Shown here in pieces: positions 9,228 through 18,235 of a stretch of DNA of 34,820 nt. The stretch lies in the IMG/VR virus record IMGVR_UViG_3300037751_000382, positions 66,619-101,438 of that record. The stretch is one strand, 5' to 3'. The notes under the pieces were generated by a model. That model did no database searches, was not told where the DNA came from, and saw only the letters and a program-made list of their open reading frames with translations. Numbering within the stretch: the stretch's first letter is position 1; every line of letters begins with the position of its first letter. The position numbers and the translations under genes were made by a program. The stretch is from a virus (taxonomy: Duplodnaviria; Heunggongvirae; Uroviricota; Caudoviricetes).

Positions 9228-9563
9228 TTATTCGCTGGATATATTTTTTAATTTCTGCAAAATTGATTTCCGGCCCGAGTCCCATCCAGCTTTTGCACCG
9301 TCACGAAAGGCCGCATACGTATTTGAACCAATCCAACGACAATCATGTTCATATAACCACTCGGCAAATTCACTTGGGTCTTCTTCAATATTACAAAGCT
9401 GTTCAATCTTTGCCTCATATTGCTGGCATCTTCGGACTAAAGGATTGACAAGTGACCCATCTCCATCTGGAAATAGCTCAAGGATTTTATCATAGTCCCA
9501 TTCTTCGGTCACTTCTTCGTATTGAATAGCTTCACGATTAATAATAATTATAGGTTTACTCAT
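9228..9563 (-). CDS. hypothetical protein
   Basis: ORF tightly packed in a - strand run. Confidence 0.6.
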   Translation of the reverse strand: MSKPIIIINREAIQYEEVTEEWDYDKILELFPDGDGSLVNPLVRRCQQYEAKIEQLCNIEEDPSEFAEWLYEHDCRWIGSNTYAAFRDGAKAGWDSGRKSILQKLKNISSE

Positions 9564-9777
9564 TGTTCCATCCCACACGCCAAAGAATGTCAAGTAAATC
9601 ACCGGTCGCTTTCAGATTTCCAACCGTCAAATTTCCAGCTGCTTCAGCTAACAAGATGAATGTATCAGTGGAATCTTGCTCAGCGATATACTTTAATCGA
9701 CTATACCTTTCAGACACCTCAGTGAGAATTTCGCTATGCTTGCGAATTGCGTCCAGTCTACGTTCACGTTCACTCAT
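9556..9777 (-). CDS. hypothetical protein
   Basis: AAGGA RBS; overlaps neighbours. Confidence 0.6.
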   Translation of the reverse strand: MSERERRLDAIRKHSEILTEVSERYSRLKYIAEQDSTDTFILLAEAAGNLTVGNLKATGDLLDILWRVGWNNE

Positions 9778-10012
9778 TATTATCCTTTCCTAAGTAAATT
9801 GGACGGCGAACTATTAACTCCAAGTCAACTCGATATAATTGACAATTAAATATGTTCGATTTACAGTAAACACTAGAATCTGTAAAACTAAAATATTGAT
9901 CCTTACTGGTTTTAATTTGTGGTTCACGTCCATAATCAACAACGAAACCTTCACCAGGGGAAAGTTCATCCCATGCAACAATTGGACCACTGATAATATT
10001 TGTAATCTTCAT
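9770..10012 (-). CDS. small beta-rich phage protein (family with 4873 and 8820)
   Basis: WDELSPGEGF...IKT...RVDLEL. Confidence 0.65.
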   Translation of the reverse strand: MKITNIISGPIVAWDELSPGEGFVVDYGREPQIKTSKDQYFSFTDSSVYCKSNIFNCQLYRVDLELIVRRPIYLGKDNNE

Positions 10013-10507
10013 ATAATTTCCTCTACAGGTTTAATGGTAAATAAATCAAAACATCCAACTACTTCGGAATGCGAGCCATTAACAATGACGGTCATTAGTT
10101 TGATAATCTTTGATGCTCATTTCGGCTTTCTTTCAAAAGGAACCAAAGTTCTAACTGTTACAGCATTTTTAAGAAGTCCTGTTTCGTGTCGTATAAATTC
10201 AGCATGATTTTCTGCATCCTCAGCCGATTGAAAATACACATGTTCCGGTAATCCTTCACAATAATCAATTTCAATTATATAGAGTTCATTCATTACTAAT
10301 TCCTCATTTATTTAAGTGATGTAGTTTTCAATAGTTTCTTTAGAATATTTTTTTCATATAACAAGTATACCATTCCTTTCTAACAAGTCAAATATAAATT
10401 TGTAACATTCACCTATGTCCTCATTTGGGTGAATTCTTATGTTTATGCTAATTTTTCCATCTTGATCTGGTTGTTGTAATGTGATTACCTCTATTTTAGC
10501 GAGCATA

Positions 10508-10870
10508 TCATTCTCCTAGAAATTTGTTTAAAAATTCATTGGCCTTTGATACTTGCTGCCTTATAGCACTTATTAGTTGCCAGTATTTTGTATAATCAAA
10601 ATATGACCAACGAAATAAACATAATCCTTTTTCAGTTACAAACTCTATGACCATTTGCTTATTTTCAGAATAGTTTTCAACATCTTCATATTCTCTATAA
10701 AGATACTCATACACTGCTATCAAGTGACCGCACACATTGGCCCAATAAACTGGTGGTATAACTTGATTAGGTCTATCAAATGGTATACTAGTTCCCCAGA
10801 CAATTGAACCGTTTACGGTTTCCCTAGTAAGTTTATCTATAGCTTTTTCCCAATCAGTACTAAGTTTCAT
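10508..10870 (-). CDS. hypothetical protein
   Basis: 120-aa ORF with GGAG RBS. Confidence 0.7.
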   Translation of the reverse strand: MKLSTDWEKAIDKLTRETVNGSIVWGTSIPFDRPNQVIPPVYWANVCGHLIAVYEYLYREYEDVENYSENKQMVIEFVTEKGLCLFRWSYFDYTKYWQLISAIRQQVSKANEFLNKFLGE

Positions 10871-11036
10871 TATCTTTCTCCATTAGTTTCTTTAAAAAGG
10901 TTCTGCGTTTCTTATTGACTTGTCTTCGTAATTTAGCAGTGACTAGAGAAGCTTTTCTATTGTTACCTAATCCAATACATTTTGTACTGTGATAGGAGTC
11001 AATAAACTGTGTGGTATGTTGTGTTCTTGGGATCAT
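10860..11036 (-). CDS. small basic hypothetical protein
   Basis: GGAAGG RBS; Lys/Arg-rich C-terminus. Confidence 0.5.
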   Translation of the reverse strand: MIPRTQHTTQFIDSYHSTKCIGLGNNRKASLVTAKLRRQVNKKRRTFLKKLMEKDNET

Positions 11037-11062
11037 ATTTCCTTCCATAACAGATGATATAT

Positions 11063-11434
11063 TTAAGTTGTACATAGATCAGTCTCTGTATCAAAAAGAG
11101 TCAATTTGCCTAGAATAAATTTCTTTCCAATATATTTATAGATTTCACTTTCAATGATAAATGATTCCTTAAGAATTATATATTTTATATCACCACGCTC
11201 ACGATAAATTTCAATGTTTTCTGGAAATTGTTCCGTTATTAATTTAATACATTCTTCATCACTAAGAAGCATAAAGTTATCTGATTTCTCTGTTACATAT
11301 TCATCAATTATGAGTGTTGCGATTCGCGCCGAAAAATTAAATTTTGGGTTCCATTTCATAAGTGTTGAACCAATTTCGTCCCCACTTAAAATGAAATAAA
11401 TACCGTTTTCATCAAATTCTGTCATAATAAACAT
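11063..11434 (-). CDS. hypothetical protein
   Basis: GAGG RBS; TTGACA-16-TAAAAT promoter just upstream (~11456-11483). Confidence 0.65.
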   Translation of the reverse strand: MFIMTEFDENGIYFILSGDEIGSTLMKWNPKFNFSARIATLIIDEYVTEKSDNFMLLSDEECIKLITEQFPENIEIYRERGDIKYIILKESFIIESEIYKYIGKKFILGKLTLFDTETDLCTT

Positions 11435-11519
11435 ATACCTCAGTGTTATATTAATATTTTAGCGTATGTTTGGGATTTGTCAAGTATTATTTATCACTCT
11501 TGACAAGTAACAATACATG

Positions 11520-11714
11520 TTAACATAAATACTTTCTATTAAAGGAAATGGTTTCAATTGTTTCTTTACTAGGTGATCTTGACAAACGATAAGAACTACA
11601 TAGATTATCTAGGGCTAAAGCTAATTCATATAGACCTTTTAAAGATATAGCTGTTTCAAGGTCACCTTTGGCTATTAACTCACTTACCATTATAATTGGA
11701 TGTTTTGGTTTCAT
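11520..11714 (-). CDS. hypothetical protein
   Basis: ORF with GGAG upstream. Confidence 0.5.
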   Translation of the reverse strand: MKPKHPIIMVSELIAKGDLETAISLKGLYELALALDNLCSSYRLSRSPSKETIETISFNRKYLC

Positions 11715-11869
11715 ATTTCTAATATCTCTCCATCTTTAATATTATTTAAAAGATTCAACAGTATTTTTGTAGCTCTGTCAAAATTATGTTGGGGCCATCC
11801 ACCTTGGATAGTTAATTTCTTTAATTGCTTCACAATGTGTTCTAGATCATTTAGTGAATAATGATTCAT

Positions 11870-12139
11870 TTATTTCCCTTTCATAATGTTAACTAAATAA
11901 TAAGTCCATTTTGCACCATAATCGGTATGTCCTAACGCTAAATTTTCACCTTTAACAACATCTTCCATAGTGGGAACTTTTAATCCGTATTTTTGAGCAC
12001 AATCAACAACAGCTTTGTAAACGGCTCGCCTTTCATTTTTAATCCAATCAGAACAAGTATCCCTATGTTGTGCTTCCTTTTGAAAAGCATCATAAATACT
12101 TCTAGCTGGTTCATTTTTCGGTCTAAATATATCTCTCAT
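11870..12139 (-). CDS. hypothetical protein
   Basis: AAGGA RBS; ALGHTDYGAKW motif. Confidence 0.7.
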   Translation of the reverse strand: MRDIFRPKNEPARSIYDAFQKEAQHRDTCSDWIKNERRAVYKAVVDCAQKYGLKVPTMEDVVKGENLALGHTDYGAKWTYYLVNIMKGK

Positions 12140-12164
12140 CTAATTTTCCTTTCTGAGTTCAGAG

Positions 12165-12239
12165 CTGCGGCGGCAGGAATCGAACCTGCGTCAGGGCGGT
12201 TAACAGCCGCTTGCCCGTACCAGCACGGACTCCACCGCA
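12165..12239 (-). tRNA. tRNA-Asn(GUU)
   Basis: TGCGGTG/CGCCGCA acceptor; GCGG-CTGTTAA-CCGC; GCAGG-TTCGATT-CCTGC. Confidence 0.85.
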
Positions 12240-12245
12240 ATTGGA

Positions 12246-12473
12246 TTAGAGTGGCTCTGTATGATAAACCCAAGAGATAGCATAATTCCCGACCTTGCAA
12301 ATGGAAAATGAATCCTTAACACGAGCATTAGGCATAATTACTCCGACATCTCCATTAAATGTCGCGTTCCAATTTTCTCGGCAAATTTCTTTAGCCATTT
12401 CCTCATCATAAGCCAATACTGAAACCATCTTATTTCCATCAATTCTGATCATGTATACACGTGGATAATCCAT
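12246..12473 (-). CDS. hypothetical protein
   Basis: ORF with RBS. Confidence 0.55.
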   Translation of the reverse strand: MDYPRVYMIRIDGNKMVSVLAYDEEMAKEICRENWNATFNGDVGVIMPNARVKDSFSICKVGNYAISWVYHTEPL

Positions 12474-12633
12474 GGTATTCCCTTCTTAAGTAATCAGTGT
12501 TAGCTATAATACATGCCTCGCAACCACATTCACCTTTACATGGGTATGAACACTTTTCTGAACATGTACATACCCAACCTGCATATAATCCATTTTTATA
12601 TATTAGTTTACCAAATTTTGTAGGTTCCTTCAT
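12439..12633 (-). CDS. Cys-rich mini-protein
   Basis: CTC...C...CKGECGCEAC. Confidence 0.55.
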   Translation of the reverse strand: MKEPTKFGKLIYKNGLYAGWVCTCSEKCSYPCKGECGCEACIIANTDYLRREYHGLSTCIHDQN

Positions 12634-12768
12634 TCTTTCTCCAAATAAGTTCACCGTAGTTTCTAGTTTCAAATGCTACTTTTGGACATAGGAACAGTTG
12701 ACTAATTTTATAGTCAAAGGCTCGTTCCCAGCACCAGTAATAGTAGCCATCCTCATTTCTAAAATATA

Positions 12769-12987
12769 TTAGGTGCAATCTAAAGCCTGAAAAAGCCAAG
12801 TCTTGAAGGAGGATTCCATACGCACAATTTCAAATGCTCCATGTTTATCTTCATGTGAAATTGCTAAATTATGTTTTTCACATACAGTCCAAATCTCTTC
12901 AAGGAAAGCATCTATAGTTTTGTTTTCTATTGGCTCAGTTAAATAGTAGTGAAGATCAGTTTTAGGGTAAATTTTATAACGTTTCAT
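12769..12987 (-). CDS. hypothetical phage protein
   Basis: VCEKHNLAISHEDKHGAFEI motif. Confidence 0.65.
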   Translation of the reverse strand: MKRYKIYPKTDLHYYLTEPIENKTIDAFLEEIWTVCEKHNLAISHEDKHGAFEIVRMESSFKTWLFQALDCT

Positions 12988-13346
12988 TGTAGTTCCTTTC
13001 TTAGTGCAAGTAAGGATTTAACAACAACATAGAACAAATGATCCTCATCTCTATGTGACTTTGGAAGTTGGTTATAGGGAACTAGAGTTGGATGTTGTTT
13101 ACGTTCCAAATTTTCTTTGTTTCCCCATGTCCACCCCGCCTTAAACATACGTCCACAATATTCCTCATGGGCTTCTCTTAAAGTTTTGGTAGGATTATCT
13201 TCTAAATATTTAATTGCATTTAGTATGGCATCTTTAGTGAATTGTGGGGCATTTTCCCAATGAGATGGCGAATAATCACTCCTACACTCATAACAAGCTT
13301 CATTAATATTATAGGTTACTTTTGCTATTTGCTCATTCGTAATCAT
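12984..13346 (-). CDS. RyR-domain-containing phage protein
   Basis: HEEY...GWTWG......KQHPTLVPYNQLP...D signature. Confidence 0.8.
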   Translation of the reverse strand: MITNEQIAKVTYNINEACYECRSDYSPSHWENAPQFTKDAILNAIKYLEDNPTKTLREAHEEYCGRMFKAGWTWGNKENLERKQHPTLVPYNQLPKSHRDEDHLFYVVVKSLLALRKELQ

Positions 13347-13518
13347 AATGAATCTTTCTATCAGATTCTGCTCTTAGTAAAATATATAAAAGATTATTGG
13401 TTTCTTTAACGTTCAAAGGTTCCTTGTATTCTGTTACTTCAAACCACTGTAGCCAACAATCAATACAATTTGCTTTTGGTTTACGTTTTGCCTTATACTG
13501 TGGATGTATACAACACAT
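13333..13518 (-). CDS. hypothetical protein (CxxHPxY...CxxCW)
   Basis: ORF tightly packed in a - strand run. Confidence 0.55.
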   Translation of the reverse strand: MCCIHPQYKAKRKPKANCIDCWLQWFEVTEYKEPLNVKETNNLLYILLRAESDRKIHYDYE

Positions 13519-13521
13519 AAA

Positions 13522-13707
13522 CTATACCTTTCCATGATCATACTCGTCAATTGTAATTAATACTCCATTCCTAATACATATAATTCTTCCGTGATCATGT
13601 TCACTAAAATCACGTAAAGCTGATAAGAATCCTTTGCAGTATTCATAATCTTCGTTCATTCTATACGTATGCCATCTATCTTTAATAAAAACCTGAACAA
13701 TATACAT
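13522..13707 (-). CDS. hypothetical protein
   Basis: ORF directly after tRNA-Leu. Confidence 0.55.
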   Translation of the reverse strand: MYIVQVFIKDRWHTYRMNEDYEYCKGFLSALRDFSEHDHGRIICIRNGVLITIDEYDHGKV

Positions 13708-13722
13708 AAATTACCCTTTCAG

Positions 13723-13807
13723 TGGCCAAGGTGAGACTCGAACTCACACGGGAGTAACCTCCCATCGGTTCTTAAGACCGATGCGTCTGCCATTCCGCCA
13801 CATGGCC
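13723..13807 (-). tRNA. tRNA-Leu(UAA)
   Basis: GGCGGAATGGCAGACGC D-arm, TCGGT-CTTAAGA-ACCGA, long variable arm. Confidence 0.92.
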
Positions 13808-13906
13808 ATTTAAATTTTAAATTTTGTCGGCCGGATTTTTCGCTGGCAAATAGTAATAAGTTAATCAGACTATTTCCACCATTTACTTAGCTGTATGCCT
13901 TGTAGG

Positions 13907-14308
13907 CTAATCCAATAACACCAGCTCGTCCGGGTTCCGCAGCACACTGTAATCAAACTCACGCAGCACCCCTTGCCCGATCAAGATGTCACTGTTATCT
14001 GGCACAACGCAAATCGCGACGTTTCGCAGGACGCGATTGCCGACCTCGACAGTTTGTGCATGGCACAGCGTGGCTTCAGAAGTCGAGCCGTCAGCCAGCT
14101 TGAGTTTTATGCTTTTGCCACAATGTAGCCCGAGCCTATTCGCCACAGACCATGGCATATAGATGGTGTTGCAGCCAGAATCTAGGATGCCACGCACATC
14201 TTGGCCGTTAATACGCACGACAATGTGCAACAACCCGAGGTCATCCCACTCCAACGGCACCCGGCAGTTGCTGGTAGGTGTATTAAATACTTCGGCTATT
14301 GTGTACAT
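13907..14308 (-). CDS. retropepsin-like aspartyl protease
   Basis: ILDSGC catalytic motif, LADG flap, ILIG; TTGACA-16-TATAAT promoter upstream. Confidence 0.85.
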   Translation of the reverse strand: MYTIAEVFNTPTSNCRVPLEWDDLGLLHIVVRINGQDVRGILDSGCNTIYMPWSVANRLGLHCGKSIKLKLADGSTSEATLCHAQTVEVGNRVLRNVAICVVPDNSDILIGQGVLREFDYSVLRNPDELVLLD

Positions 14309-14372
14309 TGTTTAATTATACCTTAGATTAGATAATTGTCAACTATTTGACATTTTATTTGTCTGTTTACAA

Positions 14373-14445
14373 TAAGGCCGTCGAGACTTGAACTCGAAAC
14401 CTCTAGATTAAAAGTCTAGCTCTCTACCAATTGAGATACGACCTC
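14373..14445 (-). tRNA. tRNA-Lys(UUU)
   Basis: CTAGA-CTTTTAA-TCTAG; complete cloverleaf. Confidence 0.88.
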
Positions 14446-14515
14446 ATTATACACTTAATTTCAAGGTCATTTTATTTCCACTATTTAATTATATATTGAA
14501 ATTAATAATTGTCAA

Positions 14516-15010
14516 CTATTTTGTAATTTTATTTAAAGTGGCGAATTTACCAAAATATTTAATTGCTGCTTTGTTGTACGCTTTAGCTGCCTCTATTTTA
14601 TCTGTAAAAAGTCCTAAATGTATAGTTTTATTATCAACTGTTATATTAGCTAACCATTTTCCAGTTTTCTTATACCAAGCAACTCCTTTATAGCCTGAAG
14701 TATTATGTTTCGGGATACCGATGTTTCTAGAGTTTCCATTTCTATTTGCCGATCTTAAGTTTCCCCTTAAATTATTTAAAGAATTTCTATCTTTATGATC
14801 AATATCACAGCTTAAATCTAAATCCATTCTTTCAGCTATTACTCTATGCATGTAAATTGTTTTATGTTTACCTGTTGAATAATCACTTCTAATCGCGTAA
14901 AACTTTCCGTTCTTTCCTTTCCGAGCATACCATTTCCATTGTAACAAGTACCTATAATCAATATAATCAACAATTGTAAATTGATTTTGTGTTAATTTAA
15001 TCTTATTCAT
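14516..15010 (-). CDS. HNH endonuclease with AP2 domain
   Basis: YMHRVI...DIDHKDRNSLNN...NTSGYKGV...HLGLF..AAKAYN. Confidence 0.9.
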   Translation of the reverse strand: MNKIKLTQNQFTIVDYIDYRYLLQWKWYARKGKNGKFYAIRSDYSTGKHKTIYMHRVIAERMDLDLSCDIDHKDRNSLNNLRGNLRSANRNGNSRNIGIPKHNTSGYKGVAWYKKTGKWLANITVDNKTIHLGLFTDKIEAAKAYNKAAIKYFGKFATLNKITK

Positions 15011-16061
15011 TATCCGTTCCATTTCGTCGATTGTGGTAGTCTACTGAAACAGACTTTAGAATTACCCTATTCCCACAACTGTCAAGTTGTTCTTTTAAAG
15101 GTGTAATTACTATCCCTTCCCTCCCCTTAAAACCAGTTGTTACGTTAAAAGTTGTCGGTCCGTCAGTATATTCGTCCACTACATCCTGGTTAAACGGGCC
15201 AATGTAAAGAATCGGGACAGTGGGAATATTGTACTGGTTTAGAAGAACATTTACAGATTGATAGTCAAGATACCTACTATTTACACTGATATCATACACC
15301 CTAAATTCCTTCTTATTTAATCCATAATGCATATCTTGAACCTTCGGGCCAAAAATCTCTCCGAAGATGATAACGTCAGCATTATCATTTTGTTCCGAGA
15401 TACTCTTTAGCACTTCTTGAATGTCAGTAGTCATGGGTTCCCAGTACATACTTGGAACACCACTTTCATATTCACTCTTAAGCCTTCTCTTGTGACTTCC
15501 TGCTACAAACATCATGTGACCGTTCTCATCCTTGACATAACCAAGCCTATTGTTTGTGCCATGAATTTTCTCGGTAATACGTACCAGTGTGCCCTCTGGA
15601 ATAAGATTAGGATACCGCTGAATGTTCTCAATATCTGTGTAAATATGGAAATTAGGTAAGGCTCTAGCTGCATCCCCATGATTAGTTACTGGAGGAATGT
15701 ACTTATGTCCCTCATACATACTAGTAACATCTTCACCTATTTCCCAATCATTAGACACTGGTATAACAAAACCGTAACTAGCTACACCTCTAATCCTGCA
15801 CGCGCTAACTCTACACTTAGTTTTTTCAATGTCACCTGGATAAATAGATTCCTTAAGATACTTTTGTACACCAAGATTCAATGAAATGTGCTCAGGGATA
15901 AGGATATCAGGTGGAAAAAAGAAAACTTTATCACCTTCCTTAAAATCATTTCGACCGGTAACAACATGGTAACCTAGAACCTTGATAATATCCAAACGAT
16001 CAGCATTTGGATGGTTCCTAACAAATTCAATCTTTTCACAAGTAATTGCTGTAGTGCTCAT
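15003..16061 (-). CDS. RNA ligase, DRB0094-like (N-terminal OB domain + nucleotidyltransferase)
   Basis: HPNADRL N-terminus; TEKIHGTN motif I; FGEIFG; REGIVI; LKSVS. Confidence 0.88.
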   Translation of the reverse strand: MSTTAITCEKIEFVRNHPNADRLDIIKVLGYHVVTGRNDFKEGDKVFFFPPDILIPEHISLNLGVQKYLKESIYPGDIEKTKCRVSACRIRGVASYGFVIPVSNDWEIGEDVTSMYEGHKYIPPVTNHGDAARALPNFHIYTDIENIQRYPNLIPEGTLVRITEKIHGTNNRLGYVKDENGHMMFVAGSHKRRLKSEYESGVPSMYWEPMTTDIQEVLKSISEQNDNADVIIFGEIFGPKVQDMHYGLNKKEFRVYDISVNSRYLDYQSVNVLLNQYNIPTVPILYIGPFNQDVVDEYTDGPTTFNVTTGFKGREGIVITPLKEQLDSCGNRVILKSVSVDYHNRRNGTDNE

Positions 16062-16263
16062 TATTTATATCTCCGGCTCAATGCGTTTATTGCTATACTT
16101 TCAATGGAATTTAGTGTGTCGCTTTGGTTCTCCTTTACACATAATTTTTTTATTTTTTTCAATGACTCTCTTAAATAATTAAGTTCGTCTAATATACTAA
16201 GAACAGTTTCATGACTAAACATTTTATCCTCTCTATAGCGCTTGTTAAAGTGTTCATGGTAAA

Positions 16264-16350
16264 TGGGTAGGGAAGGAGTTGAACCTCTCGTCGGCCGCCT
16301 TAATTATTTAATGACGACAGATTTACAGTCTGTCATAAGGAACCCCACCC
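16264..16350 (-). tRNA. atypical tRNA-Tyr(GUA) lacking a D-arm, with enlarged variable region
   Basis: GGGTGGG/CCTACCC acceptor, ACAGA-CTGTAAA-TCTGT, GAGG-TTCAACT-CCTT; only 10 nt between acceptor and anticodon stems. Confidence 0.65.
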
Positions 16351-16487
16351 TAATTTAAGGATCATAAATTCTACGACGCTTGTACTCATCCGCTAGGTCC
16401 TTAAGCTTAACGTTGTAATTCTTAAGCACATACTTTTCAGCTTCATAGTATGTCCATTCGTTATCAAGTACAAGGTGCTCAAGGCTG

Positions 16488-16709
16488 TCAACGGCATCCA
16501 TTAATGTGTTCATTTTTAATCCTCTCAGGGATAAGGTTAAACTGATCTTCGGTCAAAGGTACTACTTTTATGGTGCCCATTCCTACATGCTTGTATGAAC
16601 GGAACCCTAGCTTAGGTTCCACTTGGTAGCAATGCGTCCAAGTTTCGTGGTCACTTAGTATCATGGCTGTTCGTTCTTGTTCCCCGTAAGTAAGTTGTAT
16701 TGTGTTCAT
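16488..16709 (-). CDS. hypothetical protein (possibly WYL/SH3-like)
   Basis: LTY...R...GFRSYK pattern; promoter upstream. Confidence 0.5.
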   Translation of the reverse strand: MNTIQLTYGEQERTAMILSDHETWTHCYQVEPKLGFRSYKHVGMGTIKVVPLTEDQFNLIPERIKNEHINGCR

Positions 16710-16732
16710 ATTTATATACTACCTTATTCTTT

Positions 16733-16990
16733 TTAATTGTCAAGTGATCGTTGAATAAAACTTTCTGCGTAACTCAGTGCCCCTAACTTTACACACAAGT
16801 GCGTTAGATCAATGTCACTAAGTTCACCATCTTTTTCCATTATATCACAAACCCTAATAGTAGCTATAAAAGCTAAAGTAGTTAACCTAGACATTATGTC
16901 AGGGTCCTTCATCTTAGTAAAAAGATACTCTGTAAGTTCGGTCTTTTGTTCATCATACTGTCTAATAGTATTGATAAATTCTTTATTCAT
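16733..16990 (-). CDS. hypothetical protein
   Basis: GGAG RBS; helical ORF. Confidence 0.55.
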   Translation of the reverse strand: MNKEFINTIRQYDEQKTELTEYLFTKMKDPDIMSRLTTLAFIATIRVCDIMEKDGELSDIDLTHLCVKLGALSYAESFIQRSLDN

Positions 16991-17139
16991 TTTCTTTCTC
17001 CGGGCCACGGGGCCTCATTGGAATTGAATAAGCCAGTGCGCTACGGACACATTTCTCGCGCCGCTTGGACATTGGATGTGATGTTAGCTCCAACCATCGC
17101 CTTGTCACACATTCTGTCAATTGATCCAAAATCTTTTCT

Positions 17140-17343
17140 CTACGATTCATTTTCTTCTCCTGGGATAATGTTTAGTACTGCGAAATTTTTGTAATGTATT
17201 TTAGCTGCTTCATTGTAGGCTTTCGCTGCTTCAATCTCGGTTTCAAAGTAACCAAGGAATTTTGGTTCACCATTAACATAGATATTAGCTTCCCACTTAT
17301 CGTTAAAATGGTTACGATGTACTCCTATATAAAATTTATACAT
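17140..17343 (-). CDS. stand-alone AP2-domain protein
   Basis: YIGV...KWEANI...FLGYF..EIEAAKAYN. Confidence 0.8.
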   Translation of the reverse strand: MYKFYIGVHRNHFNDKWEANIYVNGEPKFLGYFETEIEAAKAYNEAAKIHYKNFAVLNIIPGEENES

Positions 17344-17562
17344 TTAATCCTCATATTTTTGTAAGAAAATGCCCCAAGCAATAGCTACCCACATGTTACG
17401 ATCTTCATTACACATATCACATGCTTCAATGTCCTCAGCATCTGTTGTTACTCGTATAATATCTATCTCTAGTGCCCGTGGAATATTATACTTATCTCTG
17501 CCCCAAGTAATGTAAACCTCAATATAGGCGTCATTAGTTTCAAATACCATATTACTATTCAT
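17344..17562 (-). CDS. hypothetical protein
   Basis: ORF tightly packed in a - strand run. Confidence 0.55.
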   Translation of the reverse strand: MNSNMVFETNDAYIEVYITWGRDKYNIPRALEIDIIRVTTDAEDIEACDMCNEDRNMWVAIAWGIFLQKYED

Positions 17563-17758
17563 TGTTTTCCCTTTCCATACAATCTCTCCAACCTATAATA
17601 TATGCTAAAATTTGTTTACCATTTTCACTAGGACCTTCATAGTGAAACTCTTTACCGTCAAAATAAAAATAATCATTAATACCTTCCGGGATAATTTTAT
17701 ACTGTTGCAAGGACTCCATGATCCTTTCACCTAGATGGTTTTTCATATTGATGTTCAT
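17555..17758 (-). CDS. hypothetical protein immediately downstream of the CRISPR array
   Basis: ORF begins 5 nt after the terminal repeat. Confidence 0.55.
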   Translation of the reverse strand: MNINMKNHLGERIMESLQQYKIIPEGINDYFYFDGKEFHYEGPSENGKQILAYIIGWRDCMERENNE

Positions 17759-17762
17759 TATA

Positions 17763-18235
17763 CTCTCAGTGGTTATATGATTCGTTCTCCACTCCTGGGA
17801 TATCCCAAGCGGTTTAACAGCATCTTGCGAGCACCACCCTCAGTGGTTATACGATTCGTTCTCCACTCCTGGGATTTTACTGTGCAATCGAATTCATTTA
17901 GGCGCGGCCCCTCAGTGGTTATACGATTCGTTCTCCACTCCTGGTTCCACCATAGGTCCCACAATTGTTTCTAGTTCCTCACCCTCAGTGGTTATACGAT
18001 TCGTTCTCCACTCCTGGGAACTAGTCCTACAAACTTTCCCTGAAATCTCTAATCCCTCAGTGGTTATACGATTCGTTCTCCACTCCTGGGCACCTATACA
18101 AGGTAGAGAGGTAACAATGATTGATTCCCTCAGTGGTTATACGATTCGTTCTCCACTCCTGGAAGATGGCAATCGATCACTACCGCGTGAAAGAACGACC
18201 CCTCAGTGGTTATACGATTCGTTCTCCACTCCTGG
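17763..18235 (-). CRISPR. CRISPR array: 7 x 36-nt repeats, 6 spacers of 36-38 nt
   Basis: Repeat (- strand) CCAGGAGTGGAGAACGAATCGTATAACCACTGAGGG at 17763 (2 mismatches, terminal), 17837, 17909, 17982, 18054, 18127 and 18200; AGTGG/CCACT stem; orientation inferred from the degenerate end and the adjacent gene. Confidence 0.97.

Noticed and set aside
17971..18024. 8-bp inverted repeat CTAGTTCC/GGAACTAG in the spacers flanking repeat 4
   Set aside because: It is short, occurs once, and is compatible with chance.
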